From an uncultured archaeon (lineage in GTDB: Archaea; Asgardarchaeota; Lokiarchaeia; Sigyniarchaeales; SOKP01), in contig CAZWEM010000025.1 in NCBI GenBank assembly GCA_964632315.1, forward strand, positions 1 to 55,619: a stretch of DNA of 55,619 nucleotides. Reading direction: 5' to 3'. The notes under the pieces are model-generated. The model had not been told where the DNA came from. It saw nothing but the letters and a program-made list of their open reading frames with translations, and searched no databases. Positions 27,295 to 38,036 of this stretch are shown one piece after another. The translations under genes were made by a program, and so were the position numbers. How positions within the stretch are numbered: position 1 is the first letter of the stretch; each line of letters begins with the position of its first letter.

Positions 27295-29577
27295 TTAGGT
27301 TTTTTTATAGATAAATCGTTCCCAACTTTTTGTATTTGGCATTTCTACCGGCATATCTTTTCTCTTTCGAATCTCTAAAATGAGTTCCTCCTCCAAATTG
27401 CTTGGAACTTTTTCAAATCCAGAGAATTCATAACCAAAAAATGCCCTACCCTGAGTTGTACCTCTTATTTCATCTGCGATACCAATCAATTCTGCAGCAG
27501 GCAGTTCTCCCTGCACTCTTATATATTCTCCTTCTGGGATTACATTATTGACGCGTCCTCTATGTTTATTAATAATTGCTAACACGCCAGATTCAGTACC
27601 TTGAGGAGTTTTAACATCAATTTTCTGAATTGGTTCAAATAAGTGAGGTTTGGCATCCATCATTGCAAGGGAAAATGCTGAAAAACTCATGCTTGCAATT
27701 TGATTATATCCTGTATGTGCTGGGTCTTCATGAATCGTAAGATCAGTGAAAACTACTTTAAGTCCTGTAGCGGGCTCTTTTGCAAGGATTGCACCATCTA
27801 CAAAATCCCTGAACGCTGCGGAAAGATATGACTTAACTCTATCAAATCGTTGCAAACCTGATGTTCCATTTACTAATAAATTACCATTATATACATCCAC
27901 GATTCTTCTTGCTTCTTTGGCGTCCCATCCAGCTTCTTCACGTAAGATTTTAGCTCTCTCCTTTTCATTCATCAAATCGTGAATCCTCCCCGTTTCTATC
28001 ATTTTTTCTGTCTTTTCATCTAAAGGTTCTATGTGCATGAGCATTCGATTATGACTATTTGAGGATTTAGTGTAAAAGTCCTTGCTTGGTTTTGTAATTT
28101 TTTCTCGATACACTATAATCGGCTCACCGATATTAATTTTGACTTGATTGTTGATTCGCTTCGTTAAAATATCAATTTGGAGCGGGTCAATTCCAGAAAG
28201 GATATACTCTTTTGATTCTTTGTCTAATCGGAACTGTGCAGTTGGATCCGCTTGAAGCCATTTTCCTACTACACCTCCTAATTTAGCCAAATCATGAGGA
28301 TCTTGTGGTTTTATGCTTCTTGAAACGACAGCTTCACAAGCGTAACTAATTTTTTCGAATGAGGGTAATCTTGCTTGTTCTTCTTTGTCTTTTGGGACTT
28401 CATTAGCATTCATGAATGTTTCGCCTGATGGACAAATGAAACCATAGAGTGCAAATAAATTGCCTGCTGGAACTTTATCCATATCTAAGATATCAGTTAT
28501 TTCCATGACCCCTAATCTTTTAATTCTATTTGATGTTCTGTTACCAATGAGATAAATCGAATCAGTTTGGTGGAACGTTCCTGAAAAAACTCGCCCGATG
28601 AGAGTTGCTTGATAATTTCTCTTGGGGTCTAAAAAGATTTTGGTTATCATCCCATATAATGGTCCATCAGGATCACTTTTTACTAAGGCTTTTCCTAGTT
28701 CTGAGTTTAAATCTCCACCCCATAAATGTGGTATTCTATAACTCGCAGCTGAAATTGGATCTGGTAAATGATCCACGACCATTCTCAACATGGGTTCATC
28801 TAATGGTAAATTTTCTCTAAGCCATTGAATATTTCCTTCATTATATTTTTCAAAAACCGTGATGGGAGTGTAACCTTTTTCTTTTAAGATTTCATAGGTA
28901 CATCCCCATCCATGTTTTGCTGAACCGAAGGTGACACTATTCTGGGCAAAGTCTACACCCCAATCTGAACCTTCAGGGCGAACTTTCTTAATTAGATCAT
29001 TTACTTGCCTAGTAATTTCATCAATTTTTGCATAAGTTTGCTCGGGAGTTAATTTCAGTTCACTTATCAATCTATCAACCTTATTTATGAAAAGAACGGG
29101 TTTACAAAGTTCTTCTCCAACAGCTAACCTGATGTTCGTTTCTGTTTGAGTCATCACGCCTTCTAAAGCATCTACTAAGATCATTGCTCCATCACTGCCT
29201 CTCAGGGCACGAGAGACTTCCCCTGTAAATGAAATATGACCAGGTGTATCGTTTATTTGGAAGATGTATGGATCAGTATCCTCCGGAGTACGAGGGTCTC
29301 TAAATGAAAGTAATACTACGCTTGTAAAAATCGTAATGCCGCGTTCCTGCTCCTCGTCTTTCAGTAGAAAAAGGAGACCTTATTCTAAATCTGAATCTGT
29401 CATTTGGAGCTGTCCGGCATCTTCTTCTCTCATCAATCCGGCTCTACGCAAGAGATAATCTGAGGCAGTAGTTTTCCCATGATCGATATGAGCAACAATT
29501 GAAAAAATCCTTTTTTTGCTGTAATCGGTGCTTGCCACCATACGAGCGATGTCTTCAGGGTTCTTTACTTTTACCAT
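27295..29577 (-). CDS. fusA: Elongation factor 2 family GTPase (probably the divergent paralog), split by one BHB intron. Exons 29577-29389 and 29358-27295 (750 aa spliced)
   Basis: AHIDHGKTT in ORF 29380..29577, then EQERGIT, DTPGH and NKVD in the same frame after the stop-containing insert. Confidence 0.93.
29359..29388 (-). other. BHB intron in the EF-2 gene (30 nt, in-frame TAA)
   Basis: T-TCAG-AT^T-TAGAA...TTCTA-CTGA-AA^G-A: perfect TCAG/CTGA helix and intron hairpin, weak exon-side helix. Splicing gives QMTDSDDEEQERGIT. Confidence 0.92.
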
Positions 29578-29743
29578 GAAAAATTCACTTTTTTCTCGTT
29601 TTAATTTTATATTTTATTCTGTATGTTGAATAAAACATAGCAAATCATAAAAATTTTATGTATATCGGCTATAAATAATATCTTTATGAGTTAAATGGGA
29701 TATAAGGTCCATTTTTTGAGTTATATTGCTTAAAAACTGACAC

Positions 29744-31210
29744 TCATATAGGAGGATTGAGAAATGGCAATACCATATTGATTAAGACAAATAATGCTTT
29801 TTTAGCTGAACTTTTCTTTGCATTTGATGATCGAGCGAGATTAATTAGAGAGAAATTATCTGGTAATTTTTCTCTTACTTGATGCATTAAGAACTCGGTG
29901 AATTCAGTATGGTCTCGAACATTTTCAACCCATAAGTACTTGTCTTTTTTAATATAACCTGCATTTTTCTCTTTAAATCGTTCTGCGTGTTTTTTATCTT
30001 TTATAGGAGGACCTTTTCTAAGAAAGGTTTTAGATATTATTGGATCCTCACAATAAAATGCCAAATTATATTCTTGAATTGAATCTTCAAAATAAAGTTC
30101 AAACTCGATGGATCCAAATCGTTGTTCATGGGAAGCTTCTCTTTCTCCTAGGGATTTTATGCTCTCTGCTAAGGAATATAGTTTATCTCGATTGATGGTA
30201 TAATGAACTTCCGTATCGTTATTTTTTAGTTCTACGATGAAGGTTTTTTCCTGAAGAGGATGTCCTTTATCGATGGTTAATTCTTCAATTGGAAAAATTT
30301 GAAAGAAATCCACTTTTGGATTTTTAATAAATTGTGAGATTTTGTAATTACAATATTTATATGCCCTTAATGATATCGCAGAGGCTACATTTCGATTACT
30401 ATCAATTGGATCTATGATGATAAGAGGATCTTCTTTCATGTGAATGATTTTTCTTATCTGATTCTTCGAACGTTTATAATAATCTAAATGATTATTAGGT
30501 AAATTGCTAAAATCAAGAAAGAGAGATTCTAAGTTCTTATAATAATATATTAACAATTCGGCACTGTACCCAATAAAACCCATTCTTCCAACAGCACTTT
30601 TATCACCATAGCAATGACATGATTTAAAAAATTGCTTTAATAGCCTTACGTCATTTTTTTGACTCACAGTAAGGTTATCTCGGATGAAACGACCATGCCA
30701 TGGAGATCTATCAACTGAAGTGATTGGTCCATTCTTTTTTATGTATTCTAATTCCAGATCAAGATAGAGTACGATGTCCACATGAATTTCTGTTCTCTCT
30801 GAAACGTAGATAGCTCTTACATATGGATGTTCAGCGTAAAAAAGGCTTGGCTCTTTAAATTTTGTGTTTTTCAAGCTCTTAATAATCCATTCATTGCAGA
30901 GGTGCAAAAAGTATTGCTTAGATTCTTGTTTCAGCTTATTTTTACTTAATTCTTTATCTTTTTTTTCGAATTGAGTCATTTTTAAGCCGATAAAAAAATC
31001 TACGTCAAAATCATCCCTTAATTGGGTTTGTTTGATCCCAGTAGATCCTTGAGGTTCCATGGAGGTGTATTCAATGTCTAATTCGATTGCTCTCGCTTTA
31101 AGATACCTTTTTAATTCCTCAACAATATTATCAATGACTTGACTTTCTTGTCGAGTCGGAATAATCTCTGGTAATACTCTATTAAAAATTTGATTGAATT
31201 TAGACATCAT
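29744..31210 (-). CDS. cca: Archaeal class I CCA-adding tRNA nucleotidyltransferase
   Basis: GS..DVD, YAEHPY, VDRSPWH, VRLLKQF and DPIDSNRNVA motifs. Confidence 0.9.
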   Translation of the reverse strand: MMSKFNQIFNRVLPEIIPTRQESQVIDNIVEELKRYLKARAIELDIEYTSMEPQGSTGIKQTQLRDDFDVDFFIGLKMTQFEKKDKELSKNKLKQESKQYFLHLCNEWIIKSLKNTKFKEPSLFYAEHPYVRAIYVSERTEIHVDIVLYLDLELEYIKKNGPITSVDRSPWHGRFIRDNLTVSQKNDVRLLKQFFKSCHCYGDKSAVGRMGFIGYSAELLIYYYKNLESLFLDFSNLPNNHLDYYKRSKNQIRKIIHMKEDPLIIIDPIDSNRNVASAISLRAYKYCNYKISQFIKNPKVDFFQIFPIEELTIDKGHPLQEKTFIVELKNNDTEVHYTINRDKLYSLAESIKSLGEREASHEQRFGSIEFELYFEDSIQEYNLAFYCEDPIISKTFLRKGPPIKDKKHAERFKEKNAGYIKKDKYLWVENVRDHTEFTEFLMHQVREKLPDNFSLINLARSSNAKKSSAKKALFVLINMVLPFLNPPI

Positions 31211-31317
31211 TGGGTCAGTAACTTATTTTTGAATCTAATATAGATGAAAATGCATTTCTTAGATATTAATATTTATGAATTAATCATCTTTCTGCAATAG
31301 GATGAAGTAATTAGAAA

Positions 31318-33147
31318 TCACATGCCCCACCATGGATGATTTAGTTTTCTCATGAGGATGATGTATTCTCTTAACGCTTCTCTTTGATCCGTGGTGAGTT
31401 CGCTAAGAAACTTTCCCATTAATTGCCTCACGTGAGATTCTGGCACACTGACATAAAGGGTTTCATCTTTTCCGATATCCTTTCCAATTTCTATACCGCG
31501 TACCGATATAGCTACTTCATCATCTTTCACAGCTTTTTCCATAGTTTTTCCTTTATCTTGTATTTGATGTACTCTTCTTGCTCTCTTTCCGTTCGAAGTT
31601 ATTAAGGGTACCTTGGGAAGAAGAGTTCCAGCTTCTATTCTTACACCGAATACTGCAGGGTCAGAATTTCGAAAGATATACTCGGGAAACATTTTCAGTT
31701 TTGCTGGTAAAACTAATTCACTCAATCCCTTAGCGGTGTCTTCAGCTCTTCTCGTCTCCGCATATTCTATATAATCTTCAAGTAATCTATAAATCACATT
31801 ATTAGTAAAAATCCTAATATTATCAGCGATAGCTTGCTCATTCGCTTCTGGTAAAACGGGAACATTAAATCCAAGAACGCTAGCGGAATACGGATCAAAA
31901 GTACGTACGATGCTTGCATTCATCACATCCTCTTTTTTAATTGGCCCCACATCGGCAACACTAATCTTAATCCCATTTTGACTAAAATGATTTTCTAGAG
32001 CTTCTAATGAACCTAAGGTGTCAGCCTTTAAAACCACACCTGCTTTTTCAGTCTTTATTCTAATTGCTTGTACTTCATCTTGAATTTCATTAAAAATTAT
32101 TTCATCTTGAGAGGGATCTCCAACTACTTTGAATGGAGAACCGGCAACCACATCATCAATATTAGGTGCTAAAATCTTAATTCCTGCAGCAGCACTGACG
32201 AATTCTTCAGAGTCAAATTTCTGACGGGGGTCGCGAATCTCATCTAGTGGTTTAGGCCGTAATAATGCCCTAACTTTTGATTTAATAGGTGCTTCCAAAC
32301 CACCAACGTAAAATTCATCTCCTTTGTGCAAAATTCCATTATAAATTAATACATCCATCGTAATCCCTTGGCCTTTCTCTTTTTTCACTTCTAATACAAC
32401 TCCTTTAGCGGGACCTTCAGAGAATTGCAGGTTTGCAGTCAGATACTGTTGAACGAGTCCCATTAGAACCATTAATAAAGTTGAGATTCCCTCACCTGTT
32501 TTAGCACTAGTGGGTACTATAGCAATTTTTTTAGTGAAATCTTTTATCTTATCATAACGATCAATACCTTTGAAGCCTTCTTCTAAGAAATTGCCGACAA
32601 TACTCAACAATTTTTCATCTAAAAAATCCTTAACATGTTGTTTTTGACTATTATAGGAATCTAAAAAGTCTGCATCTTGTTTTGATTTCCAACCAGAAAC
32701 TCGATCGATTTTATTCGCAGCAATTACAAAGGGAGTTTTTCGTTCTCTCAAAATCCTCACGGATTCCCATGTAATAGGCATTGTTCCTGCTGTCACATCA
32801 ATCACCAATATCGCAATATCAGCAACTGCTCCACCCCGTTTTCTTAAATTCAAGAAAGCAGCATGCCCTGGAGTATCAACTATAAGGATTCCTGGTAGTT
32901 TAAATTCTTTTTCAGCAAATTCTTGTTTAGATTTTTTCAAGAATTCTTTTATGTCTTCTGTAGGGAAATAGGATGCCCCGATGTGTTGCGTGATACCAGC
33001 AGCTTCACGCTGTTGGACTATAGTACCTCTAATATAATCAAGAAGACTTGTTTTTCCATGATCAATGTGTCCTAAAATACATGCAATGGGAGCACGGATA
33101 ACTTTATTTTCAGATATGTTTCTCTCACCATCCAAGGAGAATTTCAT
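31318..33147 (-). CDS. infB: Translation initiation factor aIF5B (IF-2)
   Basis: GHIDHGKT, GITQHIGA, DTPGH, NKID and ADTLGSLEAL motifs. Confidence 0.96.
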   Translation of the reverse strand: MKFSLDGERNISENKVIRAPIACILGHIDHGKTSLLDYIRGTIVQQREAAGITQHIGASYFPTEDIKEFLKKSKQEFAEKEFKLPGILIVDTPGHAAFLNLRKRGGAVADIAILVIDVTAGTMPITWESVRILRERKTPFVIAANKIDRVSGWKSKQDADFLDSYNSQKQHVKDFLDEKLLSIVGNFLEEGFKGIDRYDKIKDFTKKIAIVPTSAKTGEGISTLLMVLMGLVQQYLTANLQFSEGPAKGVVLEVKKEKGQGITMDVLIYNGILHKGDEFYVGGLEAPIKSKVRALLRPKPLDEIRDPRQKFDSEEFVSAAAGIKILAPNIDDVVAGSPFKVVGDPSQDEIIFNEIQDEVQAIRIKTEKAGVVLKADTLGSLEALENHFSQNGIKISVADVGPIKKEDVMNASIVRTFDPYSASVLGFNVPVLPEANEQAIADNIRIFTNNVIYRLLEDYIEYAETRRAEDTAKGLSELVLPAKLKMFPEYIFRNSDPAVFGVRIEAGTLLPKVPLITSNGKRARRVHQIQDKGKTMEKAVKDDEVAISVRGIEIGKDIGKDETLYVSVPESHVRQLMGKFLSELTTDQREALREYIILMRKLNHPWWGM

Positions 33148-33162
33148 TTAAAATAATAGTGG

Positions 33163-33184
33163 ATTGTAAAAGAATTTTTACAAT
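33163..33184. promoter_or_regulatory. 9-bp inverted repeat between the divergent infB and HNH genes
   Basis: ATTGTAAAA-GAAT-TTTTACAAT. Confidence 0.35.
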
Positions 33185-33219
33185 TCGAGTGATCTTTTTC
33201 TTTAAATAGATATAGATAG

Positions 33220-34977
33220 ATGAAATGTATGAATTATCAATTTTATCTACTAATTATTATTATTAGCTGCATTGTAATATTACTAATTGAACTTTTTTTC
33301 TATCTGAAAAGAAAAAAATCACTTAGAAGCCTCCCATCTGAAATAAAAAGTGATTTTAATGTTGAAAAAATAAAAATCGCAAATTATCCAAATTTTTTTC
33401 CAAGAAAGGCTTGTTTAATTCTTTCAAATTATATATTTAATCTACTTTCTAATAAATGTATTAGCGATGAAAGATTAATTCTTGAAATTATTTTATTAAA
33501 ATATGAAATTATCGATGATGCATTTAGACGACAGCAAGGAAGTAAAAACTTTGATAAAATAAACCGAATGTTAAATGATGAAAACCTTAGATTACAAATC
33601 TTTAATTACTTAAAGGATTTAATCCTTATAGCTAAACATTTCTATAATTTTGGTATAAATAACGAATTTGTCATAAGAGATTTTGTAACATCTCTAATCT
33701 CAAAAGGCATTACTTTGGGGATGACAACTAATTCATTAGAATATAAAATACCAGAAATATTTGATTTTCTTAAAAAGAATAATGATAATTTTAAATTACA
33801 TAGAAAGAAAAAGCAAGAATTAATCAACGAAAATGGGTATAAAGAATGTTCCAAATGTGGAGAAATGAAACCATATGTTAAATTTGATACTACTAAGGGA
33901 AGGTTAAGATATATATGTAGAGAATGTGCAATTATCGAAAAATCTATCTATATTTTCAAGAAAAAAATCAAAGTACTGAAAAATTTGTTCAAAAACATAA
34001 AATGTAATGAATGTGATGTGAGTATTGAAAACCTTCCATGTTTAGAAATTCACCATAATAATGCAGATTTTAAAACTTGTAGTTGGAGGGATCTTACTTC
34101 AAGAAATAGTAGAGCGATATTAGAAATTCTTAAAGAAGAAAACGTGGTAATATTATGCACAAATTGTCATTTAGTAAAACAAGCAAGGAATTATTCAGAA
34201 CATAAGATTTTTATTTTAAATAGTTTTTTTTTAAAAGCTTCTGAAGATGTCATTCGAAATATTGTCTATAATTATGTTAAAAGCCAAAATCTAAATTATC
34301 GTTCTACAGAAAAACAACAAATTATAAAATGGATTAAGAAGAGAATCGTAATATATACACTATATAATGATAAGTGCATTGGATGTAATAAAAGTCTTGG
34401 TGATATTGAATTGGCATCATTTGAATTTCATCATATATTCGGGAGAATTGACGATAAATTCAAATGGCAGGAGATATCTATGCTAAATTTAGAGCAAATA
34501 TTTTCTCATTTAATTAAAGAGAAATGTGTATCTTTGTGTTCAAATTGCCATCAGATTATTCACGCGACAAATTTTGTTGATAATTTAGATAAAATATTTC
34601 CTCAGAAAGATAAAGAATTGATTGAAAAGGTTAAATCTAATTATGAAAAGATTATAAATAATATAACTCAATTTAATTACAACACTAAGCATCAACCTAA
34701 TATATTCACTTTAAAAAATTGGTTAACAGTAACTAAAATTAGGATTACTAGCCTGTTAGAAAGACACAGTTATAGTATAAATGAAATTTGTGAATTATTG
34801 GATCTAAAAAGAACAGATTGTTTTACAAAGTTAAAAGATTTAGAATTAAGAGGCTTTGTTTTAAAATCGGAAAAACGAATTTTCAAATTCTCATTAAGTG
34901 ATGAAGGTAAGGAATTAATTCGTTTATACAAGGAGTATAGAAAGGAATTAGGAGAATTATTAGGATTAAATTTTTGA
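33220..34977 (+). CDS. Tandem HNH-nuclease-like protein with N-terminal TM helix, Zn finger and C-terminal wHTH
   Basis: CSKC..CREC, two CxxC-(E.HH)-LCxNCH modules and a C-terminal HTH. Confidence 0.75.
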   Translation: MKCMNYQFYLLIIIISCIVILLIELFFYLKRKKSLRSLPSEIKSDFNVEKIKIANYPNFFPRKACLILSNYIFNLLSNKCISDERLILEIILLKYEIIDDAFRRQQGSKNFDKINRMLNDENLRLQIFNYLKDLILIAKHFYNFGINNEFVIRDFVTSLISKGITLGMTTNSLEYKIPEIFDFLKKNNDNFKLHRKKKQELINENGYKECSKCGEMKPYVKFDTTKGRLRYICRECAIIEKSIYIFKKKIKVLKNLFKNIKCNECDVSIENLPCLEIHHNNADFKTCSWRDLTSRNSRAILEILKEENVVILCTNCHLVKQARNYSEHKIFILNSFFLKASEDVIRNIVYNYVKSQNLNYRSTEKQQIIKWIKKRIVIYTLYNDKCIGCNKSLGDIELASFEFHHIFGRIDDKFKWQEISMLNLEQIFSHLIKEKCVSLCSNCHQIIHATNFVDNLDKIFPQKDKELIEKVKSNYEKIINNITQFNYNTKHQPNIFTLKNWLTVTKIRITSLLERHSYSINEICELLDLKRTDCFTKLKDLELRGFVLKSEKRIFKFSLSDEGKELIRLYKEYRKELGELLGLNF

Positions 34978-37848
34978 ATTTAAATACTTTTTCAGATAGC
35001 GAGCCGTATGAGACTCTTTATAATTAATTATAAATTCTGGAGATCCTTCAGTCACAAGATATCCTCCTTTTTCACCACCTTCAGGTCCAATATCAATGAT
35101 GTAATCAACACTTTTGATAACATCCATATTATGCTCAATAATAACAACTGAATTTCCCTTTTTCACTAATTTCTGTAATACATTAAGAAGTGAATTGATA
35201 TCATATGCATGTAATCCAACTGTTGGCTCGTCAAGAATGTATAAAGTATTTCCCGTACTTTTCTTTCGTAACTCCCTCGCAATTTTTATCCGCTGAGACT
35301 CTCCACCACTTAAAGTGGTTGATGACTGACCTAATTCTAAATAACCCAATCCCACATCAACTACCGTTTTTAAAGTGCGCTTTAATTTGGGAAAGCTATC
35401 AAAAAATTCAAGAGCTTGATGGAATGTCATTTTCAAAATCTCCGAAATATTTTTACCCTTGTATTTAATTTCAAGAGTTTCAGCATTGTATCTTTTACCC
35501 TTACATAAATCACATTTAATATATACATCGGGTAAGAAATACATCTCTTTTTCTATGTACCCAGTACCCTTGCATTTTTTACAATGTCCTGATTTAGTAT
35601 TAAAGCTAAATCTACCTTTTTGATATCCTCGTTCTTTTGACTCAGGAATACCAGCAAAAATGTCTCGAATATAATCGAAGGCTTTGGTATAGGTTGCCGG
35701 TACCGATCTCGGCGTTCGACCGATTGGAGATTGGTCAATGTTAATGATTTTATCAACATTTTTATAGCCTTCTATTGAATCAAATTCTCCAGCATTCAAT
35801 TTGTTACTACGGGTGTTGATAATGTTATGCAATCCTTTATAGAGACAATCAATAATAAGACTAGTTTTTCCCGCTCCTGAAACACCTGTTATACACGTAA
35901 ATATCCCCAAAGGAATTTTAACATCTATATTTTTGAGATTATTTTCACGTAATCCTTTAATTAAAATGTAATTTTCCGGTAATGGTCTTCGTTCTTTTGG
36001 AAGTTTTATCTTTTTCTTCCCAGATAAATATTGCCCAGTTAGACTATTAGATCTCAAAATTGTCTCAAGATCTCCTTCTGCGACGATTTCTCCACCATGA
36101 TCCCCAGCGAGTGGTCCTAAATCAATGATATGGTCTGCATTTTTCAGGATCTCATCGTCATGTTCAACTACTATCACCGTGTTTCCCATATCTCTTAACT
36201 TTTTGAGCATTTTAATTAATCTAGAGATATCTCTTTGATGGAGTCCAACCGAAGGTTCATCTAAGACATATAACACGCCTACCAAACTCGATCCTAACTG
36301 AGTTGCAAGCCTTATCCTCTCAGCTTCTCCTACTGAAAGTGTATGGGAACGCCTGCTCATTCCAATGTAGTCTAAACCTACATTGTCTAAAAATGACAAT
36401 CTGTCCTTGATCTCCTTTAAAACTTCTTTAACGATTGCTTGTTGCATGTCATCTAATTGCAGGGCTTCAAAAAACTCGATGGCTTCTTTGACTGGTAGGT
36501 CTGAAAGTTTTGCGATGTTAATATCTTTAATAGTTACTGCTAAACTTTGAGGGTTTAATCGTTGGCCATTACAGTGGGGACAATCAATTTGATTCATGAA
36601 TCCCTCATAAGCCTCTCTTGCCCATTCTGAGGAAGTTTCCATGTATCTTCTGTGAAGCATGGGAATAATTCCTTCAAAAGGTCTTGAATATTGCCACATT
36701 CCATTTGTAATTCCGTTATTATCATATTTGGAATGATCATTGTCTCTTTCAAAGCGGAATGGTATGCTTTCTTGTCCAGAACCATAAAGTAATTTACTAA
36801 GTTTTTCAGGTTCAATATCTTTTATAGGAATATTATTGGTATTAAATCCATAATAATCAGCTACTTGATCTAGCATTTGCCAAGAATATGCTGTAAGTGT
36901 GCCAAATCCTGGTATGTTTCTAATAGGCGTTTCTTGGAGGGAAACATTTAAATCATTTCCTAAAATTAAGGAATAATCAAATTCCATCACTGTTCCAAGA
37001 CCGTTACAAAATTTGCAACTACCATGAGGAATATTAAATGAAAACATTTTATGCTCCAATGGGGGGAATGAAATGCCACAATCAGTACATGCTAAGTGTT
37101 CAGAGAATGTTTCCTCTTTTTCTTGATCAACTACTTCAATTATCACCAAACCTTCAGTTAAATCAAGAGCAGTTTCTATAGAATCTGCTAAGCGAGTCTT
37201 GATATCTTTTTTCATTACCAATCTATCAATAATAACGTTAATATCATGCTTCACGTTTTTATCCATCGATATGTCTTCCTCAAGCGTGTATTGAATTCCA
37301 TCAATCTCGACTCTGACATATCCCTGTTTTTTCAAATCTTGGAGTAGATCTTTGTACTCTCCCTTTCTATCTCTTATCATTGGTGCTTTAACAATAAATT
37401 TCTGACCCTCTGAAATTGAGGTTAATACTTGATTGATTATTTGCTGAGGAGTTTGAGGTCTAATCTCTTTTCCACATTGTGGGCAATGTGGAATTCCTAT
37501 ATTGGCATATAACAACCTATAGTAATCATAAATCTCAGTAACGGTTCCAACCGTACTTCTTGGATTTTTTGAAAGAGGTTTTTGCTCGATTGCTATTGCA
37601 GGAGATAATCCCTCAATTGAATCTACGTCTGGTTTATCCATTTCTCCCAAAAATTGTCTTGCATAACTTGATAACGATTCGAGGAATCTTCTTTGTCCCT
37701 CAGCATAAAGCGTATCCATTGCTAATGAACTTTTTCCACTCCCGCTTATCCCAGTAATAAGGACTAATTTATTACGGGGTATAACCACGTTTATGTTTCT
37801 AAGGTTATTCTGACGAGCACCCTTAATGATAATTGATTCGTTTGACAT
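34966..37848 (-). CDS. uvrA: Excinuclease ABC subunit A
   Basis: GISGSGKSS, Zn fingers, two ABC ATPase modules and LSGGESQR. Confidence 0.97.
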   Translation of the reverse strand: MSNESIIIKGARQNNLRNINVVIPRNKLVLITGISGSGKSSLAMDTLYAEGQRRFLESLSSYARQFLGEMDKPDVDSIEGLSPAIAIEQKPLSKNPRSTVGTVTEIYDYYRLLYANIGIPHCPQCGKEIRPQTPQQIINQVLTSISEGQKFIVKAPMIRDRKGEYKDLLQDLKKQGYVRVEIDGIQYTLEEDISMDKNVKHDINVIIDRLVMKKDIKTRLADSIETALDLTEGLVIIEVVDQEKEETFSEHLACTDCGISFPPLEHKMFSFNIPHGSCKFCNGLGTVMEFDYSLILGNDLNVSLQETPIRNIPGFGTLTAYSWQMLDQVADYYGFNTNNIPIKDIEPEKLSKLLYGSGQESIPFRFERDNDHSKYDNNGITNGMWQYSRPFEGIIPMLHRRYMETSSEWAREAYEGFMNQIDCPHCNGQRLNPQSLAVTIKDINIAKLSDLPVKEAIEFFEALQLDDMQQAIVKEVLKEIKDRLSFLDNVGLDYIGMSRRSHTLSVGEAERIRLATQLGSSLVGVLYVLDEPSVGLHQRDISRLIKMLKKLRDMGNTVIVVEHDDEILKNADHIIDLGPLAGDHGGEIVAEGDLETILRSNSLTGQYLSGKKKIKLPKERRPLPENYILIKGLRENNLKNIDVKIPLGIFTCITGVSGAGKTSLIIDCLYKGLHNIINTRSNKLNAGEFDSIEGYKNVDKIINIDQSPIGRTPRSVPATYTKAFDYIRDIFAGIPESKERGYQKGRFSFNTKSGHCKKCKGTGYIEKEMYFLPDVYIKCDLCKGKRYNAETLEIKYKGKNISEILKMTFHQALEFFDSFPKLKRTLKTVVDVGLGYLELGQSSTTLSGGESQRIKIARELRKKSTGNTLYILDEPTVGLHAYDINSLLNVLQKLVKKGNSVVIIEHNMDVIKSVDYIIDIGPEGGEKGGYLVTEGSPEFIINYKESHTARYLKKYLNSKI

Positions 37849-38036
37849 TCTTATATTTTCGTAATTCTGGAAGTCAAAAAAATTTTTCTAAAATGTTCTA
37901 AAACCTTATAGAAGTATTAACAAATAAAAAAAAATACTGAATCTGGGTTGAGAATTTATGAATTATCAAAGAAAGTTTAAAATTATTGAATGCTCAACAG
38001 AAAAACTTGAATAGGATATTTTGATTTTATTCATTT

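Noticed and set aside
28360-28415. Extra residues in EF-2 (NANEVPKDKEEQARL) as a hidden intron
   Set aside because: No hairpin or BHB pairing is evident; it is probably a real linker extension.
29278-29289. Possible 12-nt mini-intron in EF-2 (CCTC-GTA...GAGG-ATA)
   Set aside because: A central helix exists, but the flanking helices are negligible and it lies in a naturally variable loop. It cannot be supported without alignment or RNA data.
36686-36740. Roughly 10-aa longer loop in UvrA flanked by a CATTCCA/TGGAATG inverted repeat
   Set aside because: The pairing is a continuous helix without the two 3-nt bulges, and the region is length-variable in UvrA.
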